64,000 nucleotides of DNA from an uncultured Bacteroidia bacterium (GCA_902791945.1 CADAXR010000002.1:9-64008); one strand, 5' to 3'; shown: positions 27,018-35,918, numbered from the stretch's first letter. Translations and numbers: made by a program. The notes: generated from the letters alone by a model not told the origin.

Positions 27018-28151
27018 TTAAGAAGAATAATCATGAAAAGCGGAGACCGCACGCACGAAGCCGCGGTCGCTACGACTGCCGTTGCCCGTGCCACCATCGC
27101 CGAGGCGCACGTAGCACGCGCACCACTCATCATACTGGGTGGATGACCAATACCAGTTATTATCGAGCAGGTCAAACTCAAGCCCACCTTCATCATTGGC
27201 ATCTGTCATAATAGCGTTGATTGCAGCCTTATTCAGATACATCAAGTACAGTTGGCCGGCAGACGGAAGGAACAGCTGCCTGTTATACGCTGCCCAGACA
27301 TTGGCGCAATACTCAGCCGCTTTTGCGTCCCGGCAGAACTCCAGAATCTTTGCGGTGTTAAGATTCCCGTTATAATCTGCGCGTGCAGCAGCTTGAGCCG
27401 CTTCCCAGTCCTCGCAAGTGTGATCATTGAATGCCGGAAGTGCAGGGATAAGCTTGCCGTAATAGCGATTACCCACCCAAGGCATCGTGCTGTCTGCCTT
27501 GGTGTTTTGGTCAATGGCAAAGGCCGTTTCGGCCGTTGCCACAAGAATACTGTCGTAGTAATCTTCATCAGTGGTTTCCCCCTCCTGCATATCCCACTCC
27601 TGGGCGGAAGAGTGGTCCGAACTGTATCCACTTGTTACATAAGGGACATACCTATATTGATCGGTATCCTCGTTATAGTAACCTACGCGGCCGAGCATAA
27701 ACACCCCGATAGGGAAATGCCAAAGCTCAATAGTCCTTGCATCCTGGCAGGCCTCGTAGGTAAGCTGGAAGGATGCGGAAAGGCCGGTAAGCTTTGAGAA
27801 TACAGCATACTTGAATCCCTTGTAAACCTCAAAGGATACTTCGCCGTTTTCATCCACTTCCACCTCCTTACGGGGCACCGCGAAGTTCGGCACGCCACTA
27901 TTGCAGAAGATGTCGATGTAAACCTTGGCGCCGGCCACGCTGACGCGCTGGGTGCCATCGTAGGCATTGACCTTGACGGTGACACGTTCCGTCTCCAAGT
28001 TGCCGAGGGCCTCAATTATTTCGCCCGAAGCCTCCACCAGGGCGAGCATCGTGCCGCCTACCATCTGAGCGGTCACGCTCTTTGCCATAATCGCGTCGCG
28101 GATGGTAATCGCAGTCTCGCGATGGGCAGCGGTGTTAAATTCCTGTTTCAT
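27018..28151 (-). CDS. DGR target protein 1 (tail-module, DUF1566-like/CLec-type C-terminal variable domain)
   Basis: 377 aa. The C-terminus reads FLPSAGQLYLMY..NNWYWSSTQYDEWCACYVRLGDGGTGNGSRSDRGFVRAVSAF and contains VR1. Confidence 0.85.
   Translation of the reverse strand: MKQEFNTAAHRETAITIRDAIMAKSVTAQMVGGTMLALVEASGEIIEALGNLETERVTVKVNAYDGTQRVSVAGAKVYIDIFCNSGVPNFAVPRKEVEVDENGEVSFEVYKGFKYAVFSKLTGLSASFQLTYEACQDARTIELWHFPIGVFMLGRVGYYNEDTDQYRYVPYVTSGYSSDHSSAQEWDMQEGETTDEDYYDSILVATAETAFAIDQNTKADSTMPWVGNRYYGKLIPALPAFNDHTCEDWEAAQAAARADYNGNLNTAKILEFCRDAKAAEYCANVWAAYNRQLFLPSAGQLYLMYLNKAAINAIMTDANDEGGLEFDLLDNNWYWSSTQYDEWCACYVRLGDGGTGNGSRSDRGFVRAVSAFHDYSS
27041..27128 (-). repeat. DGR variable repeat 1 (VR1)
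   Basis: 88 nt aligned to the TR by hand gives 22 mismatches. 20 are at TR adenine positions and 2 are at non-adenine positions. Confidence 0.9.
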
Positions 28152-28163
28152 TGTAAAAAAGTT

Positions 28164-28523
28164 TTAAGCCATTTGTACATCAAACTGATTGGTAAATATC
28201 TTAGCCAAAGTGACCGGGGCGGCCTTATCTGCGGCCACGACAACGGACTCAATACCGGTAGGCTCTACGGGTATCGTTATGAGCGAAAGGACCAGGGCGT
28301 CGCTGGCGGCCACCGCCGGGATGACGGAATCGGCCTCATACCGGCGCACCACCTGTTTGTCGAGCAGATCCGCGAGCTCATAATCAAGCACGCGACCCAC
28401 CGCCAGATCGTCGGTGATGGCGAGGCCGTTGCGCTCCGCGATGGCGAAGACGGCTTCCAGGGACCCGCACGCCTGCAGGGCTATGTCGGCAATACATTGC
28501 CTGTCTGATACTGCTATCTTCAT
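28164..28523 (-). CDS. Phage tail/baseplate-module protein, unknown function
   Basis: 119-aa ORF, contiguous with its neighbours. Confidence 0.3.
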   Translation of the reverse strand: MKIAVSDRQCIADIALQACGSLEAVFAIAERNGLAITDDLAVGRVLDYELADLLDKQVVRRYEADSVIPAVAASDALVLSLITIPVEPTGIESVVVAADKAAPVTLAKIFTNQFDVQMA

Positions 28524-28801
28524 TACTCAACTTTTATTGTCGATTCGTCTTCAATACTCACGCGGTTAACCGGAATGCCGGCAGCCCGGCACATGTCCTT
28601 TGCAGCGGCGCACCACAGGCGCGAGCCCGGCCCGTGGCGCATCCGGGCCACCTCAGCCCCGATAAGGGGGACCTCGCGGAATTCACCGCGCCCGGCGCGG
28701 ATTACGTGCTCGATGGCCTGCTGCGAGGTCTCGCCCAGGGCAAGAGCCCCGCCCTGTATGAGCAGGTCCCCCGAATCAACGTCTATAATCAAGCCTATCA
28801 T
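28523..28801 (-). CDS. Phage baseplate-module protein, unknown function
   Basis: 92-aa ORF with overlapping start and stop codons. Confidence 0.3.
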   Translation of the reverse strand: MIGLIIDVDSGDLLIQGGALALGETSQQAIEHVIRAGRGEFREVPLIGAEVARMRHGPGSRLWCAAAKDMCRAAGIPVNRVSIEDESTIKVE

Positions 28802-29004
28802 TGCAATTGTCCGCTAATGGTTCCTGTCTTGCCGTCAACAGTTGCAGAGCCGGTGACTTTTACGTCGGCAAGCGCCGTCTCGATGGCGGCCGCAATGGTG
28901 TCGGCCACTATCTTCGTCGCGGGATTCTGGGCAGAGGCCTCCGAAGTAATCTTCCCGAAGCCGGCCACAAGCTGCTGCGTTATCTTATTTTTGTCAAATG
29001 CCAT
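28798..29004 (-). CDS. Small phage protein, unknown function
   Basis: 68-aa ORF within the operon. Confidence 0.3.
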   Translation of the reverse strand: MAFDKNKITQQLVAGFGKITSEASAQNPATKIVADTIAAAIETALADVKVTGSATVDGKTGTISGQLQ

Positions 29005-29006
29005 TG

Positions 29007-29651
29007 TCAGTGCTTTATCTTATTGTCAACAATGTTCGCAAAGTTCTCTTTGTTTGCCAGATGCGGGGCAAGCGTGGCAATCAGGGAGGCCTTGAACGTG
29101 GCCCCGCCGTCCATCGGGGCAATCCCGGCCGATGAAAAGGCATTGATGATTGCGTCGATGCGTCCGGACATTGTGGTAAGCTGCTGCTTGAGGTCGTTGG
29201 CGTTGGCCATCGTCTCGCTTCCGCCGTTGAAGGTTGTTTTGTTCTTTTCCAGTTCAAGCGTGGTGCCGTCCGCATCGATGCTCACTTTGCTGTCCGTCAC
29301 GGTGACCGTCACTTTCTTCGTGGTAAGTTCTACACCGTCGGAGTCCATAACGGCCTTGTTATCGCCGATCGTAACCTCCGCCTTGTCTATTTCATCCGCG
29401 AGCAGTACGACGGCCACAGCGGGCGAAAGAAAGCCAACCAGGACGTAAGAATCCACGGCCGGGAAAAGGACCACGCCGCAGTCGTTGCCCTGGTTCGCCT
29501 GGAGGTTCACACCGATAAGCGGCGCTCCTTCGTCGATGGGCGTGCAGTCAACGGTGCGGGCGTCCTCATCCACGCTGTCCACAGTGCAGATCTTGTGATA
29601 GAATTCTCCGCCGTCCCGGGCAATGCTCTTTATGATGTCAGCAATATTCAT
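29007..29651 (-). CDS. Baseplate central spike-like protein (gpV / Mu gp45 position)
   Basis: 214 aa, directly after the hub-like gene. A beta-rich repeat region (KVTVTVTDSKVSIDADGTTLELEK) is present. The call rests on position and composition. Confidence 0.4.
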   Translation of the reverse strand: MNIADIIKSIARDGGEFYHKICTVDSVDEDARTVDCTPIDEGAPLIGVNLQANQGNDCGVVLFPAVDSYVLVGFLSPAVAVVLLADEIDKAEVTIGDNKAVMDSDGVELTTKKVTVTVTDSKVSIDADGTTLELEKNKTTFNGGSETMANANDLKQQLTTMSGRIDAIINAFSSAGIAPMDGGATFKASLIATLAPHLANKENFANIVDNKIKH

Positions 29652-30604
29652 TGTGCTGCCCTCGCTCCAAGTGTCACCTCTTGCCGGAATCCCCCGGGGC
29701 CGTAGGTGATGGTATTCTTCTGTACCTGGTACTTGCCCTTTTTCTCACCGTCGATCTTGATACCCACGATGTCCAGGCAATCCAGGAGTTTTGCACCGAA
29801 GGTGGTGAAGGATCCTGTAAGGCCATCGCGCTTGAGGCGCTTGAGTTCCTGTTCGCCCCAGGCCTTGGCCTCCTGCTCATTCTTGCCGTAGCAGTGGACC
29901 GTCCGGCGGTCTCCGCCATTGTCTCCCACTTCGACCTTGATTTTCTTATTGTCCGGCTGCAAGGATATGACCTTAAGCTTTATCTTCACATCCTCCGCCT
30001 TCTGCTCATCCAGGCTTTCGTCTGAAATGATATTTACGCCGGTCTCAAACACCTGGGCAAGCCCGGCGTTATGCTCAAAGAGGACGCCGCAGTAAAGCAC
30101 CGGCTCCCCGTTATCGAGGCGGAAGAATGCCCGGATGCTGTTCTCTTTCAAGTGTCCCAGGAGCTCCGCCACCGTCTCCACGTTAACCCTGTACTGGCCA
30201 ACGTTCTGCTCGCCCAGGACCTTGACCTTACAAGGCAAGTTCTGGTCTTTCAGGAGGGTTTCCAGGGTGACGCTGGAATAGGTCTTTTTCGTAGCCGGTG
30301 ACTGCTTGAGGCTGTACATTTCATCCTCGCACTTGATAACCAGCGGGGCCTTGAACCCCTTCTGCAGGATATAACCCTTGAAGGCCAGCTGCAGGTAGTC
30401 ATCATAACCCAGCCACACCGTGACCGGGTCCCCGCGGCGCAGCGGGTTGGAGGTCTCGCCCTGCCACTGGGTTTTACGCGGAAGGGTGAGCGTGCAGGTG
30501 GAGGTGAGCGCGTCCATATCGCGCACGATCTCGCACGCGGTGATCTTCGTGAAGGTCCACGTTTTCGCACTCTTTATTTCCACCTTTGCACAGAGTTTAA
30601 GCAT
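29648..30604 (-). CDS. Baseplate hub / late-control gpD-like protein (Mu gp44 position)
   Basis: 318 aa. The N-terminal segment ..RRGDPVTVWLGYDD..LAFKGYI.. is typical of gpD-like proteins. The gene follows the TMP-proximal gene. Confidence 0.45.
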   Translation of the reverse strand: MLKLCAKVEIKSAKTWTFTKITACEIVRDMDALTSTCTLTLPRKTQWQGETSNPLRRGDPVTVWLGYDDYLQLAFKGYILQKGFKAPLVIKCEDEMYSLKQSPATKKTYSSVTLETLLKDQNLPCKVKVLGEQNVGQYRVNVETVAELLGHLKENSIRAFFRLDNGEPVLYCGVLFEHNAGLAQVFETGVNIISDESLDEQKAEDVKIKLKVISLQPDNKKIKVEVGDNGGDRRTVHCYGKNEQEAKAWGEQELKRLKRDGLTGSFTTFGAKLLDCLDIVGIKIDGEKKGKYQVQKNTITYGPGGFRQEVTLGARAAQ

Positions 30605-30618
30605 AGTTCAAACGCCGT

Positions 30619-31305
30619 TTAATAGTCCGTTGACTGTATGATATAGTCGTCATCCGACAGGGCGGACACCTCTATCGTCTGGCGGTTGCTGTATGTCATC
30701 TGGGATGCGCTGAACCCCGTGACAACCATCCGGTTGATGCCGAACACGTCCAGGAAGGCGCTGCTGACCTCAAGCGATTCATCCTTCTCGAAGATCTTGC
30801 GAAGCACGGACATTGCTTTCTCCGGGTACTGGTCTATAGGCTTGTTCATCGCGTCCACGGCCACCACCCCAATACTGATGGTTAGCTGATAGTCCCCGTC
30901 GGTGATATATTCCTTGATGGTGCCGGCACGCCCCACAAGCGCGGTTTTAACAATCTCCTTCTGTTTAGAGATACTGACAACTGCATCGTTTATCAGCAGG
31001 ACGCCTTCGCCCGGTACGCGCACCACAAGATCCGTGAGGGTATAGCGACCGAGCCAATAGTCCGCGGCCGCCTGCGCGTCTTCGGCAAGCGATATGGGCA
31101 GGTCGCCGGTTCTCTGGACGGACGGAAGGGGCTGCTGTTCAACCAGGCTGAGCCCGTACCCGGTCTTGCGGTTCCCGTTTTGGTCTTCGCCGGCCCCGGC
31201 TTTTGCGCCGAACAGGTACAGGCGGGCGCGGGCCTGCTGCCCGATGGCAGCGGCTACAAAACGCGCATCCCCGATGCTTATATGGAGGTTGTAGTCTGTC
31301 ATCAT
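30619..31305 (-). CDS. Tail protein between tape measure and hub (Mu gp43 position)
   Basis: 228-aa ORF. Its start overlaps the TMP stop. Confidence 0.3.
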   Translation of the reverse strand: MMTDYNLHISIGDARFVAAAIGQQARARLYLFGAKAGAGEDQNGNRKTGYGLSLVEQQPLPSVQRTGDLPISLAEDAQAAADYWLGRYTLTDLVVRVPGEGVLLINDAVVSISKQKEIVKTALVGRAGTIKEYITDGDYQLTISIGVVAVDAMNKPIDQYPEKAMSVLRKIFEKDESLEVSSAFLDVFGINRMVVTGFSASQMTYSNRQTIEVSALSDDDYIIQSTDY

Positions 31306-33500
31306 ACGGCGAGGTTTACGTCATTCACAGCGGAAAGAAGGGCCTCCGCGACCATATCCCGGATGCGTTCCTTGCTTTCGTGCAGGTTTGTGGTCTCGAT
31401 GGTGAACTTATCGATGAGCCGGTCAATGGTGATGGTGACATTCTTGATGTGGTCCGATTTGTCGGCGCTGCCGCCTATGCCATTGACACCTCCGGCAATC
31501 GGGTCCGCGCCAGAATCCCCGCCCCCACCCGCGGCATCGGCATCAGCGTATGCCGGCATCGTGAATTCATCCCCTGGCTCAGGATGATCCTTTGCCCAAC
31601 TCTCTTCCGCTTTCTCGCGCCCAAGTCTTGCAATTTCGTCAAATCCAAGCTTTCGGGCGAGCCAGTTGTATTTATCAATAAACCAGTTTATAACTGCGTG
31701 GAGTTTATCCGTGAACCAGTTGAATATCCTGGAGAAAAAGCCCTTGACTTTATTGGCCACCTTCCGGAATGCCTCAACAAACGGGGAAAGGAACTTTGAA
31801 AGTTTATCCCATACCTTCGAGAAGATCCCAGAAACCCATTCCCCGATTCTGGAGAAGAAACTTTTCACCTTCTGGATAGCCGACTTGATGGCGGAAACAA
31901 TTGCGGATATGAAGCCCTTAACCTTGTTAACAACGCCTTTGACAACGTTTACAATGCGCTGCACAACTGCCTGAATAGCTTCCCAGATAACACTACCAAT
32001 CCGTTTGAGGCCCTCCAGAGCGGTAAAGACAGCCACCCTGAAACCCTTGCATTTGTTCCACAGAAGCCGGATAAGCGCGATAACGGCGGCAATACCGGCG
32101 GCAATCCATCCGACAATCGGGATGTTCATAATAGCCACCCCTACCGCCCGGCACGCGTTCACGGCCATCACCCGGAATAACTGAAATGCCCCTCCAGCAG
32201 TGACGCAACTATACTTAAAGATATTCATTCGAAGTTGGACGGCCACGATGCTTGCCAGTGTCTTCTTCCACATCCCCGCCCAATCGAGGGCTTTGACGGC
32301 GGCCATAGCTTTGAATAGGCCCCAGAACAAGGGGACAAGTTGCGATACCGGGATAAGAGCCTGGGATATAACGGTGAACCACACTCCCATGTCCCCGGTC
32401 GCCTTGAATATGGAAATCTTCAAGTCGTCAAACCTCGCCTGGACACGTGCAAGTCTCTCGTTATAGGTCTCCATGATGATCTGGGACTGCTCCACGGCGG
32501 TATTAGTCCCGGATATAGCTTCCGTCCATTGGTCCACCTTATCGATGCCCTGTACCAGGGCCATAGCGGCATTGACGTTCTCGCGCCCGAACAACTTACT
32601 GAAAAGGGCTTGATCCCGCATTACCGGCTGCAACAGACGCAGGCGCTCTGTCAGGCTCTTGGAGTTGTCGGTTAGTTTGTTGATATTCACCCCGGCAGCG
32701 GACAGTTCCTTCTGTATATCCTTGGGGAGGAAACGGCCGCGGGCAAGGGTGGTCATGACGTTACGCAGGGCCACACCGCCCTCGCTGCCTTTCTTGCCGG
32801 CTTTGTCAAGTACCTGGATGGCGGCGTTGGTCTCCGCAAAGGAAACGCCAGCTGCTTTGGCTGCCATACCGCACTGCTCAAGGGCAACCTTGATAGCCGG
32901 GAGTTCGGCAGAACCCTCACGGCCTGCGGCAGCCATGATATTCATCATTTCGCCCATCTTCCTGCTTGCCTCCATAGGGTCGGCAAGGGATACGCCGTAC
33001 TGGTTCATGGCGGTAGTGAGAACCTCCGCGGCCGCCCTGGCATCGCCGCCCATCGTCTTGCTGAGGGTTGCAATGTGGGTGCCCATCGCGTTGAGGGCCT
33101 CGGAGTTCTTTGTCAGTTCCGGGGACAACTGCGACAGGAGCAGCTTATAGGATTCAACAGCCTGGGACGCGGAGATGCCGAAGGTCTTTGCCGTATTCCT
33201 GGCGTACCGCTCGATGGTCTTTAATTCCTCACCTGCGGCACCGGAGATGGCGGCAAGATCTGCCATTGAGGCGTTGAGCGCTGCACCAGGGGCATTGATG
33301 TCCTGGATTGCCTGGTTGAGGTTCTGGAAAGCCTGGGTCGCCTGAGTAAATGAAAGCAGCTTCGCACTCATTTCATCGAAGAACCCGGTAGTCCTTCGTA
33401 TCTTCTTATTCAGGCTCTCAACATTGCCGGCAATCTCCTTGACAGCCGAATTGCAGTTGCCTGAAACATTGAAGGAATAATTGAAGGAATAGCTGCTCAT
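31302..33500 (-). CDS. Tail tape measure protein
   Basis: 732 aa, largely helical with a central hydrophobic block. It lies immediately downstream of the frameshifted chaperone pair. Confidence 0.8.
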   Translation of the reverse strand: MSSYSFNYSFNVSGNCNSAVKEIAGNVESLNKKIRRTTGFFDEMSAKLLSFTQATQAFQNLNQAIQDINAPGAALNASMADLAAISGAAGEELKTIERYARNTAKTFGISASQAVESYKLLLSQLSPELTKNSEALNAMGTHIATLSKTMGGDARAAAEVLTTAMNQYGVSLADPMEASRKMGEMMNIMAAAGREGSAELPAIKVALEQCGMAAKAAGVSFAETNAAIQVLDKAGKKGSEGGVALRNVMTTLARGRFLPKDIQKELSAAGVNINKLTDNSKSLTERLRLLQPVMRDQALFSKLFGRENVNAAMALVQGIDKVDQWTEAISGTNTAVEQSQIIMETYNERLARVQARFDDLKISIFKATGDMGVWFTVISQALIPVSQLVPLFWGLFKAMAAVKALDWAGMWKKTLASIVAVQLRMNIFKYSCVTAGGAFQLFRVMAVNACRAVGVAIMNIPIVGWIAAGIAAVIALIRLLWNKCKGFRVAVFTALEGLKRIGSVIWEAIQAVVQRIVNVVKGVVNKVKGFISAIVSAIKSAIQKVKSFFSRIGEWVSGIFSKVWDKLSKFLSPFVEAFRKVANKVKGFFSRIFNWFTDKLHAVINWFIDKYNWLARKLGFDEIARLGREKAEESWAKDHPEPGDEFTMPAYADADAAGGGGDSGADPIAGGVNGIGGSADKSDHIKNVTITIDRLIDKFTIETTNLHESKERIRDMVAEALLSAVNDVNLAV

Positions 33501-33555
33501 TTTTTTTGTTTATGGCAAAAAATTTGTATATTTGCTCTTGTAAAGGGGCTATATC

Positions 33556-33681
33556 ATGATTGCCGGAATCATATCAGTTGTAATTTCAGTTCTCTTCGGA
33601 ATCGGTCTGATCGGTTTCGTGGTGGTACTTTTCAAATACTGGTTCGGCGAATTCTTCCAGAAGAAAGAGAACCGGGCTTAA
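33556..33681 (+). CDS. 41-aa single-pass membrane peptide encoded antisense to the tail operon (moron candidate)
   Basis: MIAGIISVVISVLFGIGLIGFVVVLFKYWFGEFFQKKENRA. It is preceded by TTTG (33505-08), 18 nt, then TATATTTG (33527-34). It is below the track length cutoff. Confidence 0.35.
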   Translation: MIAGIISVVISVLFGIGLIGFVVVLFKYWFGEFFQKKENRA

Positions 33682-33892
33682 CCCTTTGCCGGTGCCAACA
33701 GCTGCACCAGGACTTTCGCCAAACTCTCCAGCCTCTTGTTTTCTACCCATACGGCTTCCTGAAACCGCATCGCCCATTCCTCTTGGCTTAGCGTTGTCGG
33801 ATCAATCCCGAAAACGGCCCTTATCAAGGCACACCCCTTGGCTATGGCCGAAGGATCTTCTTTGTCTTCGTCATCGCCAAGCCGGTATGCCT

Positions 33893-34237
33893 CTACAAGT
33901 TTTTTAACTCGTGGGTAGCCTTCCCGAAGAGATCCCCCAGGGCGGCCATCCCTTCCATCTTCATGATGGCGTCATTACGGAGAACGTCGGAGCCGCCGAG
34001 CCAACAGTTGTCAAAGAGAATCTGCGACCCGCGCAGCTCGTTGGTCTTGGACGTGGCACTAACGGCCTCCATCGTCTTCATGTCCGGACGTTTGAAGTAG
34101 CCGATATGGGTTTCCTGGGTTTCGGGGTCCGATACGCGGACCTCGGAGATGCGCCCGTGCTGATTCTTCCAGGCGCTGATTTGTTCGGCGGTGACGCCGC
34201 CGTTGATTTCCTTGAAGTTGTTTTCCTTGTTATTCAT
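33893..34237 (-). CDS. Tail assembly chaperone (gpG analogue); -1 frameshift product would extend to 33678
   Basis: 114 aa from the internal Met (MNNKENNF). It lies between the tube and TMP genes. The slippery A_AAA_AAC lies just before the stop, and the -1 frame stays open for a further ~73 codons. Confidence 0.6.
   Translation of the reverse strand: MNNKENNFKEINGGVTAEQISAWKNQHGRISEVRVSDPETQETHIGYFKRPDMKTMEAVSATSKTNELRGSQILFDNCWLGGSDVLRNDAIMKMEGMAALGDLFGKATHELKNL
33899..33905 (-). other. Slippery heptanucleotide A AAA AAC (programmed -1 ribosomal frameshift site)
   Basis: The zero frame reads ..GAG TTA AAA AAC TTG TAG. The -1 frame reads AAA AAA CTT GTA GAG.. and is open to the TAA at 33678-80. 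Confidence 0.55.
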
Positions 34238-34301
34238 AATGCTCCGATGGTTAAAAGCGGGGGCGGCTGTGCACCGCCCCTGCGGTTGATGATACGTTGG
34301 T

Positions 34302-34733
34302 TTAGGCAAGTCTGCCCCAATCGATGTGCGAAGGAATAAGATCCAGTTCGACCTCATGGTTCATGTCGCCCTCTTTCCAGTCGCGGGAATTTTTCTTGAA
34401 CTGGCAATTGCGGATTTTGTCCGTGTGGATCTTTCCGTCTTCGGGAATATAGGAAACCGTAATGTCGAAAGGCGCGATGTCCTGCAGGCGTCCGGTGGGG
34501 GCCTGGCTCTGGATGGCGAGCACCTCGCTCACATAAAGGGTGATCTTGGCGGAAGGGGTGATGCGTCCCTTGCTGCGGGAGACCGGGTTACGCCCGGCGC
34601 CGTAGTTATTCTGCACCTCCTGGTCATCCTCATACTGGATGCCGGTGATACCCACGACGGGGTTGCCGTTGATGGCGCAAACGATGTCACCCCAGCTGTA
34701 TTCTACGCCGTTGATAAGTGGAATTCCGTTCAT
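34302..34733 (-). CDS. Tail tube protein
   Basis: 143 aa, directly downstream of the sheath gene and upstream of the chaperone. Confidence 0.55.
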   Translation of the reverse strand: MNGIPLINGVEYSWGDIVCAINGNPVVGITGIQYEDDQEVQNNYGAGRNPVSRSKGRITPSAKITLYVSEVLAIQSQAPTGRLQDIAPFDITVSYIPEDGKIHTDKIRNCQFKKNSRDWKEGDMNHEVELDLIPSHIDWGRLA

Positions 34734-34751
34734 TGTCTTCGGTTTTTGATG

Positions 34752-35915
34752 TTATACACTCAAGGTGTAGCCGATCTTGATGTTCAGCTTGCGCATTACA
34801 CCGACGCCCACCTGCTTGATGACCATTTCCACCTCGGAAGTGGAAAGGACATTCTGGTCGGGGTCAATCTCGACCTTGTAGCCGCTGAGTTCGCCGGCTT
34901 TCTCCATGTCTTCCAGGGCTTTGTTAGCCGTGGTCTGGAGGTCTTCCACGACGTGGGTTTCCAGCTGGCCGGTGGAAGCGTCCACCTTGAGCGGGCGACC
35001 GAGTTTCGGCAGCGTATAGGCACGGACGCCGCGGCACACCTTATCCATCGTGCGGACACTCTCGATATAGGCGTAGTCGCTGATGGCCGTATCCATGACG
35101 TGGGAGTCGTTGAAGTACGAACCGGCATAGCCGTCGTAAGTCACCAGGAAGAGATAACGGGCAGTGTCAAGCTGCTCGATGAGGGCGGTGTCCTGATCGC
35201 GGAAGAGCTTGCCGTCGCTGAAAGCGGGCACGGAGATTCCGGTCTGGAACTTCTCGACCCAGGCGATGGACTCATGCACGGACGCGAGCGACACGGCGCC
35301 CAGAAGGTCACCGAGGGCGGTAACGGAGGGGTGACCGTTGCCGCCGGATGCCATGAGCGTGGCGGCCACGCCTGCGCCGTCCTGGCCGATGACCACCGCG
35401 ACGCCCGGGGCGGTACCGGATACGTTGGTCGGCAGCTCGGTGATGTTCGCCACCTTGGGGGCATAGAGGATGAGGGCGGGTTTGTCCTGCTGCTCAAGCG
35501 CGGTGCGCACGGCTTTCAGGGCAAGGAGGTTGGCGGCAGAGAAAGCGGTGGTACCGTCCCATACGCCAATCTGGCGGAGACGGCCGCCCGCGAAGTTCTG
35601 CAGGGCCTTGATCTCCGAGAAAGTCGGGTTGTTCGCAGTCGGGGTCTGGATGCTCACATACAGGCTGATGCCTGGGTTGATGTTGAAGATACTGGAAAGG
35701 ATGTAATGGAGCACCTTGGTGTTCCACGCTTCCGCGTCGGCGGTAATGCCGAGGGCCTCCGCCGTCTCGATGCTCGAAACGGGCTTGATGCGGTCATTGG
35801 CCGTAAAGCCGGTGGGCAGAGTGTTGCTGTAGAACAGGAGACCGGAAATGTGGTCCTCCCCGGCAAGCTTGCGGGGCACGTTGCCGTTGGTTCTGGTGAT
35901 GTTCAGTTTCTGCAT
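34752..35915 (-). CDS. Contractile tail sheath protein
   Basis: 387 aa. The call rests on the position before the tube gene and on size and composition typical of Mu-type (DUF2586-like) sheath proteins. Confidence 0.55.
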   Translation of the reverse strand: MQKLNITRTNGNVPRKLAGEDHISGLLFYSNTLPTGFTANDRIKPVSSIETAEALGITADAEAWNTKVLHYILSSIFNINPGISLYVSIQTPTANNPTFSEIKALQNFAGGRLRQIGVWDGTTAFSAANLLALKAVRTALEQQDKPALILYAPKVANITELPTNVSGTAPGVAVVIGQDGAGVAATLMASGGNGHPSVTALGDLLGAVSLASVHESIAWVEKFQTGISVPAFSDGKLFRDQDTALIEQLDTARYLFLVTYDGYAGSYFNDSHVMDTAISDYAYIESVRTMDKVCRGVRAYTLPKLGRPLKVDASTGQLETHVVEDLQTTANKALEDMEKAGELSGYKVEIDPDQNVLSTSEVEMVIKQVGVGVMRKLNIKIGYTLSV

Positions 35916-35918
35916 CGC

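Noticed and set aside
30607-30620. TTCAAACGCCGTTT shared between 30607-30620 and 55769-55782
   Set aside because: Roughly a dozen 14-mer matches are expected by chance in a 64-kb window read on both strands. There is no supporting context.
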